Below, piece by piece: positions 9,666-18,902 of a stretch of DNA of 64,000 bases. Both the position numbers and the translations under genes were made by a program. Numbering within the stretch: position 1 is the stretch's first letter; each line of letters opens with the position of its first letter. The notes beneath the pieces are model-generated. The model ran no database searches and was not told the DNA's origin. It saw only the letters and a list, made by a program, of their open reading frames with translations. The stretch lies in contig JANPLN010000015.1 of the NCBI GenBank assembly GCA_031426555.1, positions 128,001 to 192,000 on the forward strand, given 5' to 3'. This DNA is from Bdellovibrionales bacterium. GTDB lineage: Bacteria > Bdellovibrionota > Bdellovibrionia > Bdellovibrionales > JAGQZY01.

Positions 9666-10102
9666 ATCAATATCCAATGGCATTTTCTGTTAGCTCACAA
9701 AGTCCTTCGGGAATTCAAACAGCTTGGACAACCAAAGCTGAAAAATTCCCCACGCAAATTCCCATGGCCATTCCCCCAGAGTTTGAGGGCCCAGGCACGG
9801 GCTTAAGCCCCGAAGATCTTTACGCCATGGCACTGCAAAACTGTTTTATCGCCACCTTTAAAGTGTTCGCAGAAAAATCACGACTGCTGTTTAAAGACAT
9901 TCACTTGGATTCTACTCTCGAGGTAGACCGCGACGAAAAGGGACGTCCTTGGATGGCGCGGATTCATTTAAAAGTAAAACTCAGCGGAGCGGCGCAGGTG
10001 GAAAACGCACGGCGAATTTTAGACCGCACCTCCCAGAGCTGCATGATTTTAAACTCGGTGAATTCCGTGAAGACTTTTGAGTTCGATGTTACAGAGGGAT
10101 AG
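9662..10102 (+). CDS. OsmC-family protein
   Basis: PPEFEGPG..SPEDLY..ALQNCFIATF and second Cys in SCMILNS. Confidence 0.85.
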   Translation: MNQYPMAFSVSSQSPSGIQTAWTTKAEKFPTQIPMAIPPEFEGPGTGLSPEDLYAMALQNCFIATFKVFAEKSRLLFKDIHLDSTLEVDRDEKGRPWMARIHLKVKLSGAAQVENARRILDRTSQSCMILNSVNSVKTFEFDVTEG

Positions 10103-11027
10103 GGATTGCTTCGGCCGAGCTGACGGCTCCGCGAAGACTTGCACCACCAAAGGCATCACCCAATAAAAAGATATTTTTCGAAGGCCCCACGACCGTGTAG
10201 GGTGTTGAGTGGTGCGTGATAGGGTGACTAAAACGCCATTTTTTAATCTGTTGCTTTTTGATGGTAAACGAAGAGTCGATTGTTTTTAAATGGCCTGAAA
10301 ACGCATCGGCGATTTTTTGTAAATTCTCAACGTCTGTGTCTGCGAAATGTTTTTGGCTCCAGGCTGGTTGCATGGCCACGGTGTAAGCCAGACAAAGCGA
10401 AACGTTTTTCGACAACTGATTGCTGATCGAAAAAATATCCCCATTTATATTTTGCAGATATTTTATTTTTTCCAGCAACCCCGAAGTGCTCGTGACTTCA
10501 AAAAGTCCAACCAGAGCGCTAGCGTAATTAATGGATTCTAACTCCTTTGGGTACTGAATTTGTGAGGCACGAAGGATGTCTAAAGTCTGCGGCAGTGGAG
10601 AGCTGACAAAGATGTGCTTACTTTTGAAAATTCGGCCCGACTCGCAACGCACTTCATTTGTTTTCGAGATAGAAATCACCTTTTGCTCTAAAACGATATT
10701 TAGATTTTGAGCCAGGTGTTTTGCCAAACGAGTCATCCCGCCATCTGCGCATTTAAAAATCGAGTTCTCAACTTGAAACCAGGTTTTGGCAAGTTTTTCC
10801 CGACTCCAGATATGGTCGATCTCCCAGGCGGCTTGATTTGAGACTTTGTAAAATTGAGCCCCGTGATCATAGGTGGCAGAGCCGTCTCTGCGGGTGGCAA
10901 TCCTTCCACCAACGCCTTTGGACTTTTCTAAGATCAATACGGTCAAGCCCGCGGATTCCAGTCGGCGAGCTAAAACCAGGCCAGAAATTCCGGCTCCTAC
11001 AATCAGACAATCTACTTCGCGTTCCAT
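10089..11027 (-). CDS. Renalase-like FAD-dependent oxidoreductase
   Basis: IVGAGISG, EKSKGVGGRIATRR, DHGAQF, KWRFSHP, GDAF motifs; start at the ATG after GGAG. Confidence 0.85.
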   Translation of the reverse strand: MEREVDCLIVGAGISGLVLARRLESAGLTVLILEKSKGVGGRIATRRDGSATYDHGAQFYKVSNQAAWEIDHIWSREKLAKTWFQVENSIFKCADGGMTRLAKHLAQNLNIVLEQKVISISKTNEVRCESGRIFKSKHIFVSSPLPQTLDILRASQIQYPKELESINYASALVGLFEVTSTSGLLEKIKYLQNINGDIFSISNQLSKNVSLCLAYTVAMQPAWSQKHFADTDVENLQKIADAFSGHLKTIDSSFTIKKQQIKKWRFSHPITHHSTPYTVVGPSKNIFLLGDAFGGASLRGAVSSAEAIPIPL

Positions 11028-11075
11028 AATCTCCACTATTCAATGAGTTTAATAGATGGTAATCTTTTAAGCAAG

Positions 11076-11840
11076 ATGGATCCAATAAAGCAAAAATCCT
11101 TGTTTCGCAAAATCGCCCTCACTCTCTGGAATAAGCACGGAGATCCGTCGGTCTACAGTTTAGTAGAGCTCGATGTGACTCATTTAAAAAGCAAAGCACA
11201 GTTGCTTTCCATGGTGGTGAAATCTCTCGGCGAGACTATGAGCAGAAACAAAGAGCTTTCATCCATTATCAAGTGGGGCGGGATCGTTCAACGTCCCGAT
11301 AAAACAATTTCGGTAATGGTGAATATTCCAGGCCTCAAAATGGACGATTTATCGGCTCTTAATATCGAAGACACTCATTTAGTCTCCCTTGAACAACTGC
11401 AAAGTAAAATTGAAAGCAAAGCGATTTCCGTGCGAGAATACCGAGACCCGCATCTCGGACCCATGTTGAATCTCGTTCGCTATATACCGAGAATACTTTT
11501 AAAGTTTTTTTTAAAACTTTATGAGTTCTCGATCTACGAACTGGGCTTTCGCTTCGGTTTAAGATTTCTGCCCTTTAAACCCTTTGGCTCCATCATCGTC
11601 TCCAATGTGGGATCTTTAGGAATCAAAAATGCACTTTTACCGTTAGTGCCCATGGCGCGGGCTGTTTTGATGGTGTCGGTTGGTAAAATTTCAAAAGAAC
11701 CTCGCGTCGTGGACGACACTGTTTGTGTTCGCGAGGTGGTGCAAATCGGTGTCACCTTTGATCACAGATTTTTCGATGGCTCCCATGCTGCTAAAATGCT
11801 GGGCGATTTCGAAACCTGTTTCTATTCACTGGCCAAATAA
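11076..11840 (+). CDS. Stand-alone 2-oxoacid dehydrogenase acyltransferase catalytic-domain protein
   Basis: FRKIA..W...DPSVY, GSIIVSNVGSLG, TFDHRFFDG; no lipoyl domain; alternative start 11043. Confidence 0.8.
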   Translation: MDPIKQKSLFRKIALTLWNKHGDPSVYSLVELDVTHLKSKAQLLSMVVKSLGETMSRNKELSSIIKWGGIVQRPDKTISVMVNIPGLKMDDLSALNIEDTHLVSLEQLQSKIESKAISVREYRDPHLGPMLNLVRYIPRILLKFFLKLYEFSIYELGFRFGLRFLPFKPFGSIIVSNVGSLGIKNALLPLVPMARAVLMVSVGKISKEPRVVDDTVCVREVVQIGVTFDHRFFDGSHAAKMLGDFETCFYSLAK

Positions 11841-11843
11841 ATT

Positions 11844-13340
11844 TTAAGCATTTTCGGTGATGCGCTTTTTAAGCTCTTTAGCAGCCGCATAGATTTTCTT
11901 TTTTCGATCCGCGGGCATTTTTTCGACGGTTCTTGCCATCATGGAGAGGCGGGGATTTTTTAAGAAAAACGTTTTGTGCTTTTCGATAAAGCCCCAATAC
12001 AAACCATCCACGGCGTCTTGCCAGTCCCCGGTTTTGTAGCCACCCATTTTGCGATAGTAGTTAGAGCCGCAAAAATAAGGCTTCGTGGCAAAAATCCCAC
12101 CGTCGCTAAATAGGGCCATGCCATAGACATTGGGGCCCATCACCCAGTCCGAAGAATCAATAAACATTTCCATAAACCAACGATGAGCTTCGTGCGGGTG
12201 AATTTCGAGCAGAAGCATCAATGAGCCCACTACCATGAGGCGTTCAATGTGGTGAGCGTAGCCCAGACGAACTGTTTTTTTAATCACATGATCCAGTGGG
12301 GGAATTCCGGTTTCGCCGTTATACCAGTGCGGAGTTAGCTTTTGCGTATGATTCCAAAAGTTTGCGGCGTCCTGCTGCTCGCTAAAGTTTTGATAAATTC
12401 CACGGATAAATTCTCGCCAACCCACCACTTGGCGGATAAAACCCTCCGCAGAGTTGAGCGGAATTTTTTCGGCACTGATTGCTTTGATCGCCTCGTTCAC
12501 CACTTCGCGAGGAGTGAGCAAGCCCGTATTCAGGTAGGGTGTTAGAACGGAGTGATTTACAAAATCAAATTTTTCGGTCATGGCGTCCTCAAAGGGACCA
12601 AAATCTTTAAAGCGCTCTTTGATAAACTTTTTAAGCCAAACCTTAGCGTCGCTGCGCCCAGTGGGAAGCCAGTAGTTTTTCGACGAACCCGGGTGTTTAG
12701 CAAAAGTTTTCTCCACCAGCGCCATGACCTCTTTTTCGATGGCATCGGCTGTGTACTCAACAAGGGGACTTTCGGTGTAAGTTTTTGGCAGCGGCTTTCG
12801 ATTGTCTTCGTCGAAACTCCATTTGCCACCCACAGGAGTGCCATCTTGGTTAAGCAAAATCTTAAATTTTTTGCGCTGACCTTCGTAAAACGACTTCATA
12901 AAAGGCCGTTTGGTTTTTGCGAGGTAGGCTTCGAAATCGGCGCGCGAAGTTAAAAACATCAACGAAGGCAAGGCATTCGCTTCGACGCCCACGTCTTTAC
13001 AAATTTTAAAAATACGTTTTTCAAAAAATTTATCTTCGATTTCGTAAAAACTGAGCTGCTTGATTTTATTTTTTTGCAAAAAATGGGTCAAGGACTCATC
13101 AAAATTTTTAAATTTTGTAGTACCCAACTTTTCGTAATGAACTTTTAGGCTCAGATCTGTGACTTCTTCAGCATACTTTCGCATCGCCGCCAAAAAAAAT
13201 ATAATTTTATGTTTGTGATAGGTAAAATGTGTGCACAGTTCATTATCTTCGCGCATGTACACAAATGCTTTTTTATCCAGATGGGAAAGGGCCGTTTTTG
13301 GCTCAAAGAGCTGGTTGCCTAAAACAAGTTGCGCTTTCAT
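11844..13340 (-). CDS. PhrB-like bacterial (6-4) photolyase/cryptochrome, lacking the Fe-S cysteines
   Basis: LVLGNQL, HKHKIIFFLAAMR, PVGGKWSFDEDNRK, EGFIRQVVGWREF, GYAHHIERLM, DWVMGPNVYGM, ATKPY; start by ATGA coupling. Confidence 0.9.
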   Translation of the reverse strand: MKAQLVLGNQLFEPKTALSHLDKKAFVYMREDNELCTHFTYHKHKIIFFLAAMRKYAEEVTDLSLKVHYEKLGTTKFKNFDESLTHFLQKNKIKQLSFYEIEDKFFEKRIFKICKDVGVEANALPSLMFLTSRADFEAYLAKTKRPFMKSFYEGQRKKFKILLNQDGTPVGGKWSFDEDNRKPLPKTYTESPLVEYTADAIEKEVMALVEKTFAKHPGSSKNYWLPTGRSDAKVWLKKFIKERFKDFGPFEDAMTEKFDFVNHSVLTPYLNTGLLTPREVVNEAIKAISAEKIPLNSAEGFIRQVVGWREFIRGIYQNFSEQQDAANFWNHTQKLTPHWYNGETGIPPLDHVIKKTVRLGYAHHIERLMVVGSLMLLLEIHPHEAHRWFMEMFIDSSDWVMGPNVYGMALFSDGGIFATKPYFCGSNYYRKMGGYKTGDWQDAVDGLYWGFIEKHKTFFLKNPRLSMMARTVEKMPADRKKKIYAAAKELKKRITENA

Positions 13341-13765
13341 GCGCGGCATCCGACCACAAGCCAATAACTTGTGAGGCCTACTTTTGCGGTCCACAAAATA
13401 GTTCTCGGCCAATTTGTTGTTACGAGCTTTTGGATCGCCACGGGATTAAATCCAGCCGCCAGCTGATTGTGCAAAGGCACGCTTACAAAAAATGTAAAAA
13501 ACCAAAGCAGCGCAATGATTCCCAGGTTGAGCAAACTAAAGTCGGTTATTTTATTGTTCACCAGCCATAATCCAGCGAGCAGCTCCAAGACCATGGCAGG
13601 TCCGGCAATCAAACCCATCAATGAGGAGTGGCGCTGGTGAGCTTCGACGAACTGCGCGGGATTTATATAGGCAAAACTTGGGTAGTGAATCAATTGGATC
13701 ACCCAAATCACTCCGCACATATAGGTCGCGCAAATTTGACTCAAGATGAGCGGCCATGAATTCAT
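13337..13765 (-). CDS. Four-TM membrane protein
   Basis: GVIWVIQLIHYPSF, SVPLHNQL, TNWPRTILW; hydrophobic helices; coupled in operon. Confidence 0.7.
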   Translation of the reverse strand: MNSWPLILSQICATYMCGVIWVIQLIHYPSFAYINPAQFVEAHQRHSSLMGLIAGPAMVLELLAGLWLVNNKITDFSLLNLGIIALLWFFTFFVSVPLHNQLAAGFNPVAIQKLVTTNWPRTILWTAKVGLTSYWLVVGCRA

Positions 13766-14154
13766 TTTTTTTCCTTAATTTCGCAGAACGGGCTGGTTTC
13801 ACAGGACCGCCGAGGAAGATACGGACGGATTTTGACAAACAAAGCATAGTTGAGCTGGAGAAATTTGTTAACCACGCTGTTTTTAGCTAAACGCGACAGC
13901 CAATTGAGTTTATCGAGGCGCGACCAAATCAGTATAAACGCATCCACGCCAATGTGTAATTTGCCGTCGCTGTCTTTGGCGTGCAGTTCGATGTTCACTT
14001 TTACCGGATCTAACTTTTCTTTTTTGGCATCAAAGTCTGCGCCAGCAATGTCGACAAAGTTAATATTTTCACTTCCACGCATTTTTTTGTACTGATTGAT
14101 CTCGGCTGAGCAAACAACGCAGAGTCCGTCGAAATAAAGAGTAATGGGTTTCAT
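13762..14154 (-). CDS. DCC1-like thiol-disulfide oxidoreductase (DUF393)
   Basis: LYFDGLCVVCSAEI (DxxCxxC), GVDAFILIW. Confidence 0.85.
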   Translation of the reverse strand: MKPITLYFDGLCVVCSAEINQYKKMRGSENINFVDIAGADFDAKKEKLDPVKVNIELHAKDSDGKLHIGVDAFILIWSRLDKLNWLSRLAKNSVVNKFLQLNYALFVKIRPYLPRRSCETSPFCEIKEKK

Positions 14155-14174
14155 TTTGGCCTGCTTCCGTTATT

Positions 14175-14192
14175 GTTTACAATACAGTAAAC
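14175..14192. promoter_or_regulatory. Second copy of the putative operator GTTTA-N8-TAAAC
   Basis: GTTTAcaatacagTAAAC (minus strand GTTTActgtattgTAAAC) about 20 bp upstream of the DUF393-PhrB operon. Confidence 0.55.
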
Positions 14193-14208
14193 TTTTACAA
14201 AAAGCAAA

Positions 14209-14568
14209 TTGACTGCTTCTAGCAGATTTAAGATCACAGTTTCTGGCAAGGAAAAAGAACTGCTACTTACATGGGGCATGTTTTGGAAAAATTTTAAAAT
14301 AAATATTGGTGGCGAATTAGTTGGTGGATTTGAAAGCCAAAAGGAGCTTAGACTTGGTAAAGATTTTAAATTAATAGATGGGTCCACGCTTTCGATTAAA
14401 TTGGCTCAAAACGGCATCGCGCCCGAATTGCAGATTCTTAAAGATGGTCAAGCTTTGGAGGGAAGCGCTACTGCTCCCGAAACCCGCTTGAAAACTGCAT
14501 ATGGAATTGTTTTATTTCTGGGTGGACTTAACTTAGTAATGGCTGTCATAGCGTATAAGAAGAAGTGA
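14209..14568 (+). CDS. Hypothetical protein with C-terminal TM helix
   Basis: 119-aa ORF; start uncertain; may be truncated. Confidence 0.45.
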   Translation: MTASSRFKITVSGKEKELLLTWGMFWKNFKINIGGELVGGFESQKELRLGKDFKLIDGSTLSIKLAQNGIAPELQILKDGQALEGSATAPETRLKTAYGIVLFLGGLNLVMAVIAYKKK

Positions 14569-14660
14569 TTGCGTTTGGAGGGATTGACCTCGGGCTCAAT
14601 CCGTCCTGTATCCCGGATACTGTTAACCGTATCCTGGATTCTGAATTTGAGTATTTAAAT

Positions 14661-14735
14661 TGGCTCAGGAGGAGGGACTCGAACCCCCGACCAAGCGGTT
14701 AACAGCCGCTTGCTCTACCACTGAGCTACTCCTGA
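14661..14735 (-). tRNA. tRNA-Asn(GTT)
   Basis: Reverse complement TCAGGAGTAGCTCAGTGGTAGAGCAAGCGGCTGTTAACCGCTTGGTCGGGGGTTCGAGTCCCTCCTCCTGAGCCA. Confidence 0.95.
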
Positions 14736-14809
14736 ACGATGCTCATAGAACAAAGATTTATAGCAGGTCCTCAAATCGCAAGTAAATCACTTTTAAACTC
14801 TAACGCGCC

Positions 14810-15493
14810 CTACAAGTTTTGCAGGTGCTGCTTATAGAGTGAGTGATTATCGGGATTTCTGTCGAGTTTGATACAGTCCTTAAAGCACACATCGGCTTTG
14901 GCAAAGTTTCGCACTTTTTTATAAGCATGGGCCAAACCCAAACGAGCCGCTAAAAACCGTGGACGAAGCTGCAAAGAATGCTCAAACCATAAGATCGCCT
15001 CATTTTCTGGACCGTTTTTCCACAGAAGATGCTGAGCCAGCACGTACGAGGCGTAAGGGTTTAAAGGCTGTAGCGCAAGCAGATCACGCAATGCCTTCTC
15101 GCCGTCGGCGTACAAGCCATCCTGCAGGAGGGACTGGCTCTTTAGCACGGCATCAAACTCCAAGGCAGACGTGTTGATCGGATCTATGAGGAGTGCCTGT
15201 GTGACCGCGGCCTCGGCTTTTTTCCGAGCCCCGCCCAATTCGTTTGGCATCTCGAAAAGAATTTTTGCCTGCAGCACAAAAAAATCGGCGTTGCGGATTA
15301 AAATATGTTCTGCATTGATGATATGTTCGCAGAGTGCCTGTGCCTCGAAGTTTTGCCCCGAATGGGCCAAGCCCTCGATTTGTTGCAAAAGGTGCTCTGG
15401 ACTTGTGTGGTTTTTAATAAATAGCGAAACCGTACTCGCGGTCTCGCTCTCGCCCAATACCAATAAATGACGAGCTGAACGACGCGTGTTCAT
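14810..15493 (-). CDS. Tetratricopeptide-repeat protein
   Basis: TPR-like helices (ALLIDP, LLALQPLNPYA, SLQLRPRFLAARLGLA, CIKLD). Confidence 0.7.
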   Translation of the reverse strand: MNTRRSARHLLVLGESETASTVSLFIKNHTSPEHLLQQIEGLAHSGQNFEAQALCEHIINAEHILIRNADFFVLQAKILFEMPNELGGARKKAEAAVTQALLIDPINTSALEFDAVLKSQSLLQDGLYADGEKALRDLLALQPLNPYASYVLAQHLLWKNGPENEAILWFEHSLQLRPRFLAARLGLAHAYKKVRNFAKADVCFKDCIKLDRNPDNHSLYKQHLQNL

Positions 15494-15777
15494 CTCTTCT
15501 CCCCCCCAATATCTTTACCCCAGTGCTTCGCTTTGAAGCTTGTTATCAGTTTTTTACACTTCCCCAAAAAAAGAAAGACCAATTTTTTAATAGCAGCTAT
15601 TACGCGAAGATGAATCGTTGTGAAATCGGTGACCAGCTGCTGCGCATTGGCGCAATGATAGTTCTAGTCATTTCAGGGTTTTAGGGTTAGCACCACGAAA
15701 AGCATTTGGCCGGAAAGCGGCTCCAAAGTAGAATCACACCGTGTATTTTTTATACAGGTCCTTGTAACGGAGTATTT

Positions 15778-16920
15778 ATGGAATTCATAATTGGCGCCAT
15801 CCTTCTCGTGCTTGTCTGCATGGTTGCAATTTATTTTTATCATCGCAAAATTTCGCAGCAGATGCGCGACACATTTCAGGCTCTTGCATCGCAAACTTTG
15901 CAGTCACAAACTCGGCAGTTTTTAGAGCTCGCCGAGCAGTCCTTGGGAAAACAAAACGAAAGCGCCCGCGGAGAATTGGAAAAACGGCAAACCTCCATCG
16001 AGAACGCCATTTCGCCTCTGCAAAAAGCTCTGGAGTCTGTGCAACGGCAAACGCAGGAGTTGGAAATAGAACGGCAAAAATCCTACGCGCTCATCGAAAA
16101 CGAACTCAAGCGCGTGGTGGAGGGCAGTGTGGCGCTGTCCAGCGAAACCCGCGCTCTTAAAAATGCCCTTAAAAAACCCCATGTCCGCGGGCGGTGGGGC
16201 GAAGTTCAATTAAAAAATTGCGTGGAGCTTGCTGGAATGTCTGAGTATGCGGATGTGCAGTTTCAAGACGTCAACACCGACGACGACGGCCAACGATTGA
16301 TTCCAGACATGACGGTAAAAATGCCCGGTGGACGCTTGGTGATTGTGGATGCGAAGACGCCCATCGACGCCTTCATCGCATCGCTGGAGGCGCCCACCGA
16401 GGACGAAAAAAATATCGAAATGCGCCGCCATGGCATGCAGGTGAAAGAGCACATCAAAAAACTCGCGCTCAAAGCCTACAGTGACCATCTGAAGGACAGC
16501 GCCGATTTCACGGTGATGTTTTTGCCCAACGAATCCTTTTTATATGCCGCTCTCGAAACGCAACCTGATTTAGTAGAGTTTGCCATCGAGAAAAAAATTC
16601 TCATCGCCACGCCACCAACTTTCATCGGTTTAATGAAGGTGATTCGCTACGGCTGGAACGAGGAGCGTCTTGCAGCCAACGCCGAAAAAATTCGCGATGT
16701 GGGAAAAGAACTCCATAAGCGCGCCGCCGAGTTTGTCGAAACTTATATCGCAGTTGGAAAGTATTTGGGCTTAGCTTCTGACAAATATGAAGATGGCTTA
16801 AAAAGACTCAATCAGAGACTGTTACCTCAAGGGCGAAAAATGGAAGAGCTCGGTGCCAAGAGCATCAAAGATCTTCCGGAACCCATGGGGTTCGAAGTTC
16901 CCGGCGATTTAGAGGCTTGA
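15778..16920 (+). CDS. rmuC: DNA recombination protein RmuC
   Basis: N-terminal TM and coiled coil; RGRWGEVQL, PDMTVKMPGGR.VIVDAKTP, DFTVMFLPNES, ATPPTFI. Confidence 0.92.
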   Translation: MEFIIGAILLVLVCMVAIYFYHRKISQQMRDTFQALASQTLQSQTRQFLELAEQSLGKQNESARGELEKRQTSIENAISPLQKALESVQRQTQELEIERQKSYALIENELKRVVEGSVALSSETRALKNALKKPHVRGRWGEVQLKNCVELAGMSEYADVQFQDVNTDDDGQRLIPDMTVKMPGGRLVIVDAKTPIDAFIASLEAPTEDEKNIEMRRHGMQVKEHIKKLALKAYSDHLKDSADFTVMFLPNESFLYAALETQPDLVEFAIEKKILIATPPTFIGLMKVIRYGWNEERLAANAEKIRDVGKELHKRAAEFVETYIAVGKYLGLASDKYEDGLKRLNQRLLPQGRKMEELGAKSIKDLPEPMGFEVPGDLEA

Positions 16921-17784
16921 GCGCTTTTTAAATTTTGCGCGCAACCATTCGTTTAACCACTCAACGACTCGCGCGCCGTGGTTTTTTTTCCACGCATGAT
17001 CGCCTTCATTTGCAAATACAGCCTGCTGCGGAATTTTATTTTCTCGCAGCCGCGATTGATACATTTCCACAGAGTTAAAGGGCACGATGGAGTCATCTTT
17101 ATTGGCGACTAATAAAGTCGGAGGATGATAGGCAGGGAGGTGGGCGGGAATGTGGCACTGCCAAGGTGAACACTCCCCATAGGAGGCAGAGTGCACAACA
17201 ATGCCGCGAATGAGTTGAGCGATGGGTGCCTCTTGCGCCAGTCGACTCGCCATGTAGCCACCGCTGGAAAACCCGGAAAGAAAAATATGATCGCGATCAA
17301 TGGGGGTGTCGGATAAATCTTCGAGGTTTTTTAAAAGGTATTCAGTGAGCTGATAATCGCGGCCGCGTTTGAAATGAGACGAATAGGGTGAAACGTTTGC
17401 TTCCCAGGCCAGCACCGAAGGACCCACATAAAAAGGCACAATTCTGTTTGCTGTGGGTGCGATAACAACAAAACCCGCGTCGGTCAGCGCCTGGATATAA
17501 GCATTTTCGTGGGCGAGTCCATAGGCGGCATTCAGGGGACGTGAGAGCTCGACGGGAAAGTTTGTTCCATGGAAGTAAATCATCACCGGTGCGGGCGAAG
17601 ACGTCGCTTGAGTGGGCCGGAAGATCAAGAGCTCCCTTTGCGTGTCCGCCACAGAGACCAAATGGTAGGTGCCATTGGTGAGGTCCACCGATTTTTTAAT
17701 AAAAGTGTCCGCACAGGCCATTTTGCCTTGAGCCCGCAACGAAACTGCTAAAAATGTAAGAAAAAGGAACCCCTTAAAACCCAT
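16909..17784 (-). CDS. Exported alpha/beta-hydrolase (esterase/PHB-depolymerase-like)
   Basis: Signal peptide, YFHG, GFSSGG nucleophile elbow, DDSIVP, GDHAW. Confidence 0.8.
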   Translation of the reverse strand: MGFKGFLFLTFLAVSLRAQGKMACADTFIKKSVDLTNGTYHLVSVADTQRELLIFRPTQATSSPAPVMIYFHGTNFPVELSRPLNAAYGLAHENAYIQALTDAGFVVIAPTANRIVPFYVGPSVLAWEANVSPYSSHFKRGRDYQLTEYLLKNLEDLSDTPIDRDHIFLSGFSSGGYMASRLAQEAPIAQLIRGIVVHSASYGECSPWQCHIPAHLPAYHPPTLLVANKDDSIVPFNSVEMYQSRLRENKIPQQAVFANEGDHAWKKNHGARVVEWLNEWLRAKFKKRSSL

Positions 17785-17876
17785 CGGGCTTGAATAGCAG
17801 ATTTTTACAGCTTCTGCTTGAGAAAATAAGGGAAATCGCTATATTAGCCGCTTTTGCTAGGGAAAATGCCAGGAAA

Positions 17877-18902
17877 ATGACTGACGCTGAACTTGTTCTT
17901 CATCTTAAAAAAAATCCATTTGTGCTGGCGCCCATGGCGGGCATTACGGACATGCCTTTTCGGCTCTTCATGAAAGAGCTCGGAGCCGGCATTGTTATTA
18001 GCGAGCTTGTTTCCGCCAACGGAATTAAATATGCCGGCGAAAAAACCCTGCAGCTTTTGGCCTTCAACGAAAAAGAGCGCCCAGTGGGGTTACAACTCTT
18101 TGGTGAAGATCTCGAGGCGTTGGCTCTAGCGGCGAAAAAAGTGGAAGCTCTCGGAGCTGACTTCGTAGATCTTAATTTTGGCTGTCCTGTAAAAAAAGTT
18201 GTTTCAAAAGGCGCGGGATCGGCGCTTTTAAAAGACCTCAATCAACTGCGTTTGGTTTTAAAAACCGTTCGCGCTGCCGTTAAAATTCCTGTGACTATTA
18301 AAATTCGAACAGGCTGGGAGCCCTCGCAGCGCAATGCCGTTGAAGTGGCAAAAATCGCTCACGAAGAGGGCATTGCCTGGGTCGCCATTCATGGACGAAC
18401 CCGCAGCCAAGGCTATTCGGGGCAGGCGGACTGGGAGTACATCACTTCGGTCAAAGCCGTCAGCCCGTTACCAATTATCGGAAATGGTGATATTTTAAGC
18501 GCCGAGCAAGCAGAAAACCGTTTGCGACTTTCGGGCTGCGACGGAGTGATGATTGGTCGCGGTTGCCTAAAAAATCCGTGGATTTTTAAAGAAGCGGCAA
18601 ATTTGCTCGCGGGAAAAAGCTCTGAAAGTGGCATCGATTACAATTACTTACCGCTTTTTGCACGACTCAAAGATTTGTTGACGCAAACCCACGATGAGCG
18701 CGCAGCGATGATTCAATTGCGCAAGTTTTCGATGTGGTATTCGGCGGGATTTCCCGAATCGTCAGCCTTTCGTAAAGAGATATTTTCCACTCGCACAGTT
18801 CAGGATACCTATGATAGGATCGCTGACTACTATTCACAAATCGATCTCGGCCACAAACAAGACACAAGTCATGAGGAATTCCTCATGGGAGGACACGGAT
18901 AA
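17877..18902 (+). CDS. dusB: tRNA-dihydrouridine synthase B
   Basis: LAPMAGITD.PFR, DLNFGCP, KIRTGW, HGRTR, GNGDI, MIGRG. Confidence 0.92.
   Translation: MTDAELVLHLKKNPFVLAPMAGITDMPFRLFMKELGAGIVISELVSANGIKYAGEKTLQLLAFNEKERPVGLQLFGEDLEALALAAKKVEALGADFVDLNFGCPVKKVVSKGAGSALLKDLNQLRLVLKTVRAAVKIPVTIKIRTGWEPSQRNAVEVAKIAHEEGIAWVAIHGRTRSQGYSGQADWEYITSVKAVSPLPIIGNGDILSAEQAENRLRLSGCDGVMIGRGCLKNPWIFKEAANLLAGKSSESGIDYNYLPLFARLKDLLTQTHDERAAMIQLRKFSMWYSAGFPESSAFRKEIFSTRTVQDTYDRIADYYSQIDLGHKQDTSHEEFLMGGHG

Noticed and set aside
14608..14638. Hairpin containing CTGTTAACC, like the Asn anticodon loop, next to tRNA-Asn
   Set aside because: No acceptor stem, D arm or T arm; more simply a terminator-like hairpin between convergent units.
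7459..14660. Photolyase cluster as an island integrated at tRNA-Asn
   Set aside because: I found no integrase and no duplicated tRNA 3' end by eye.
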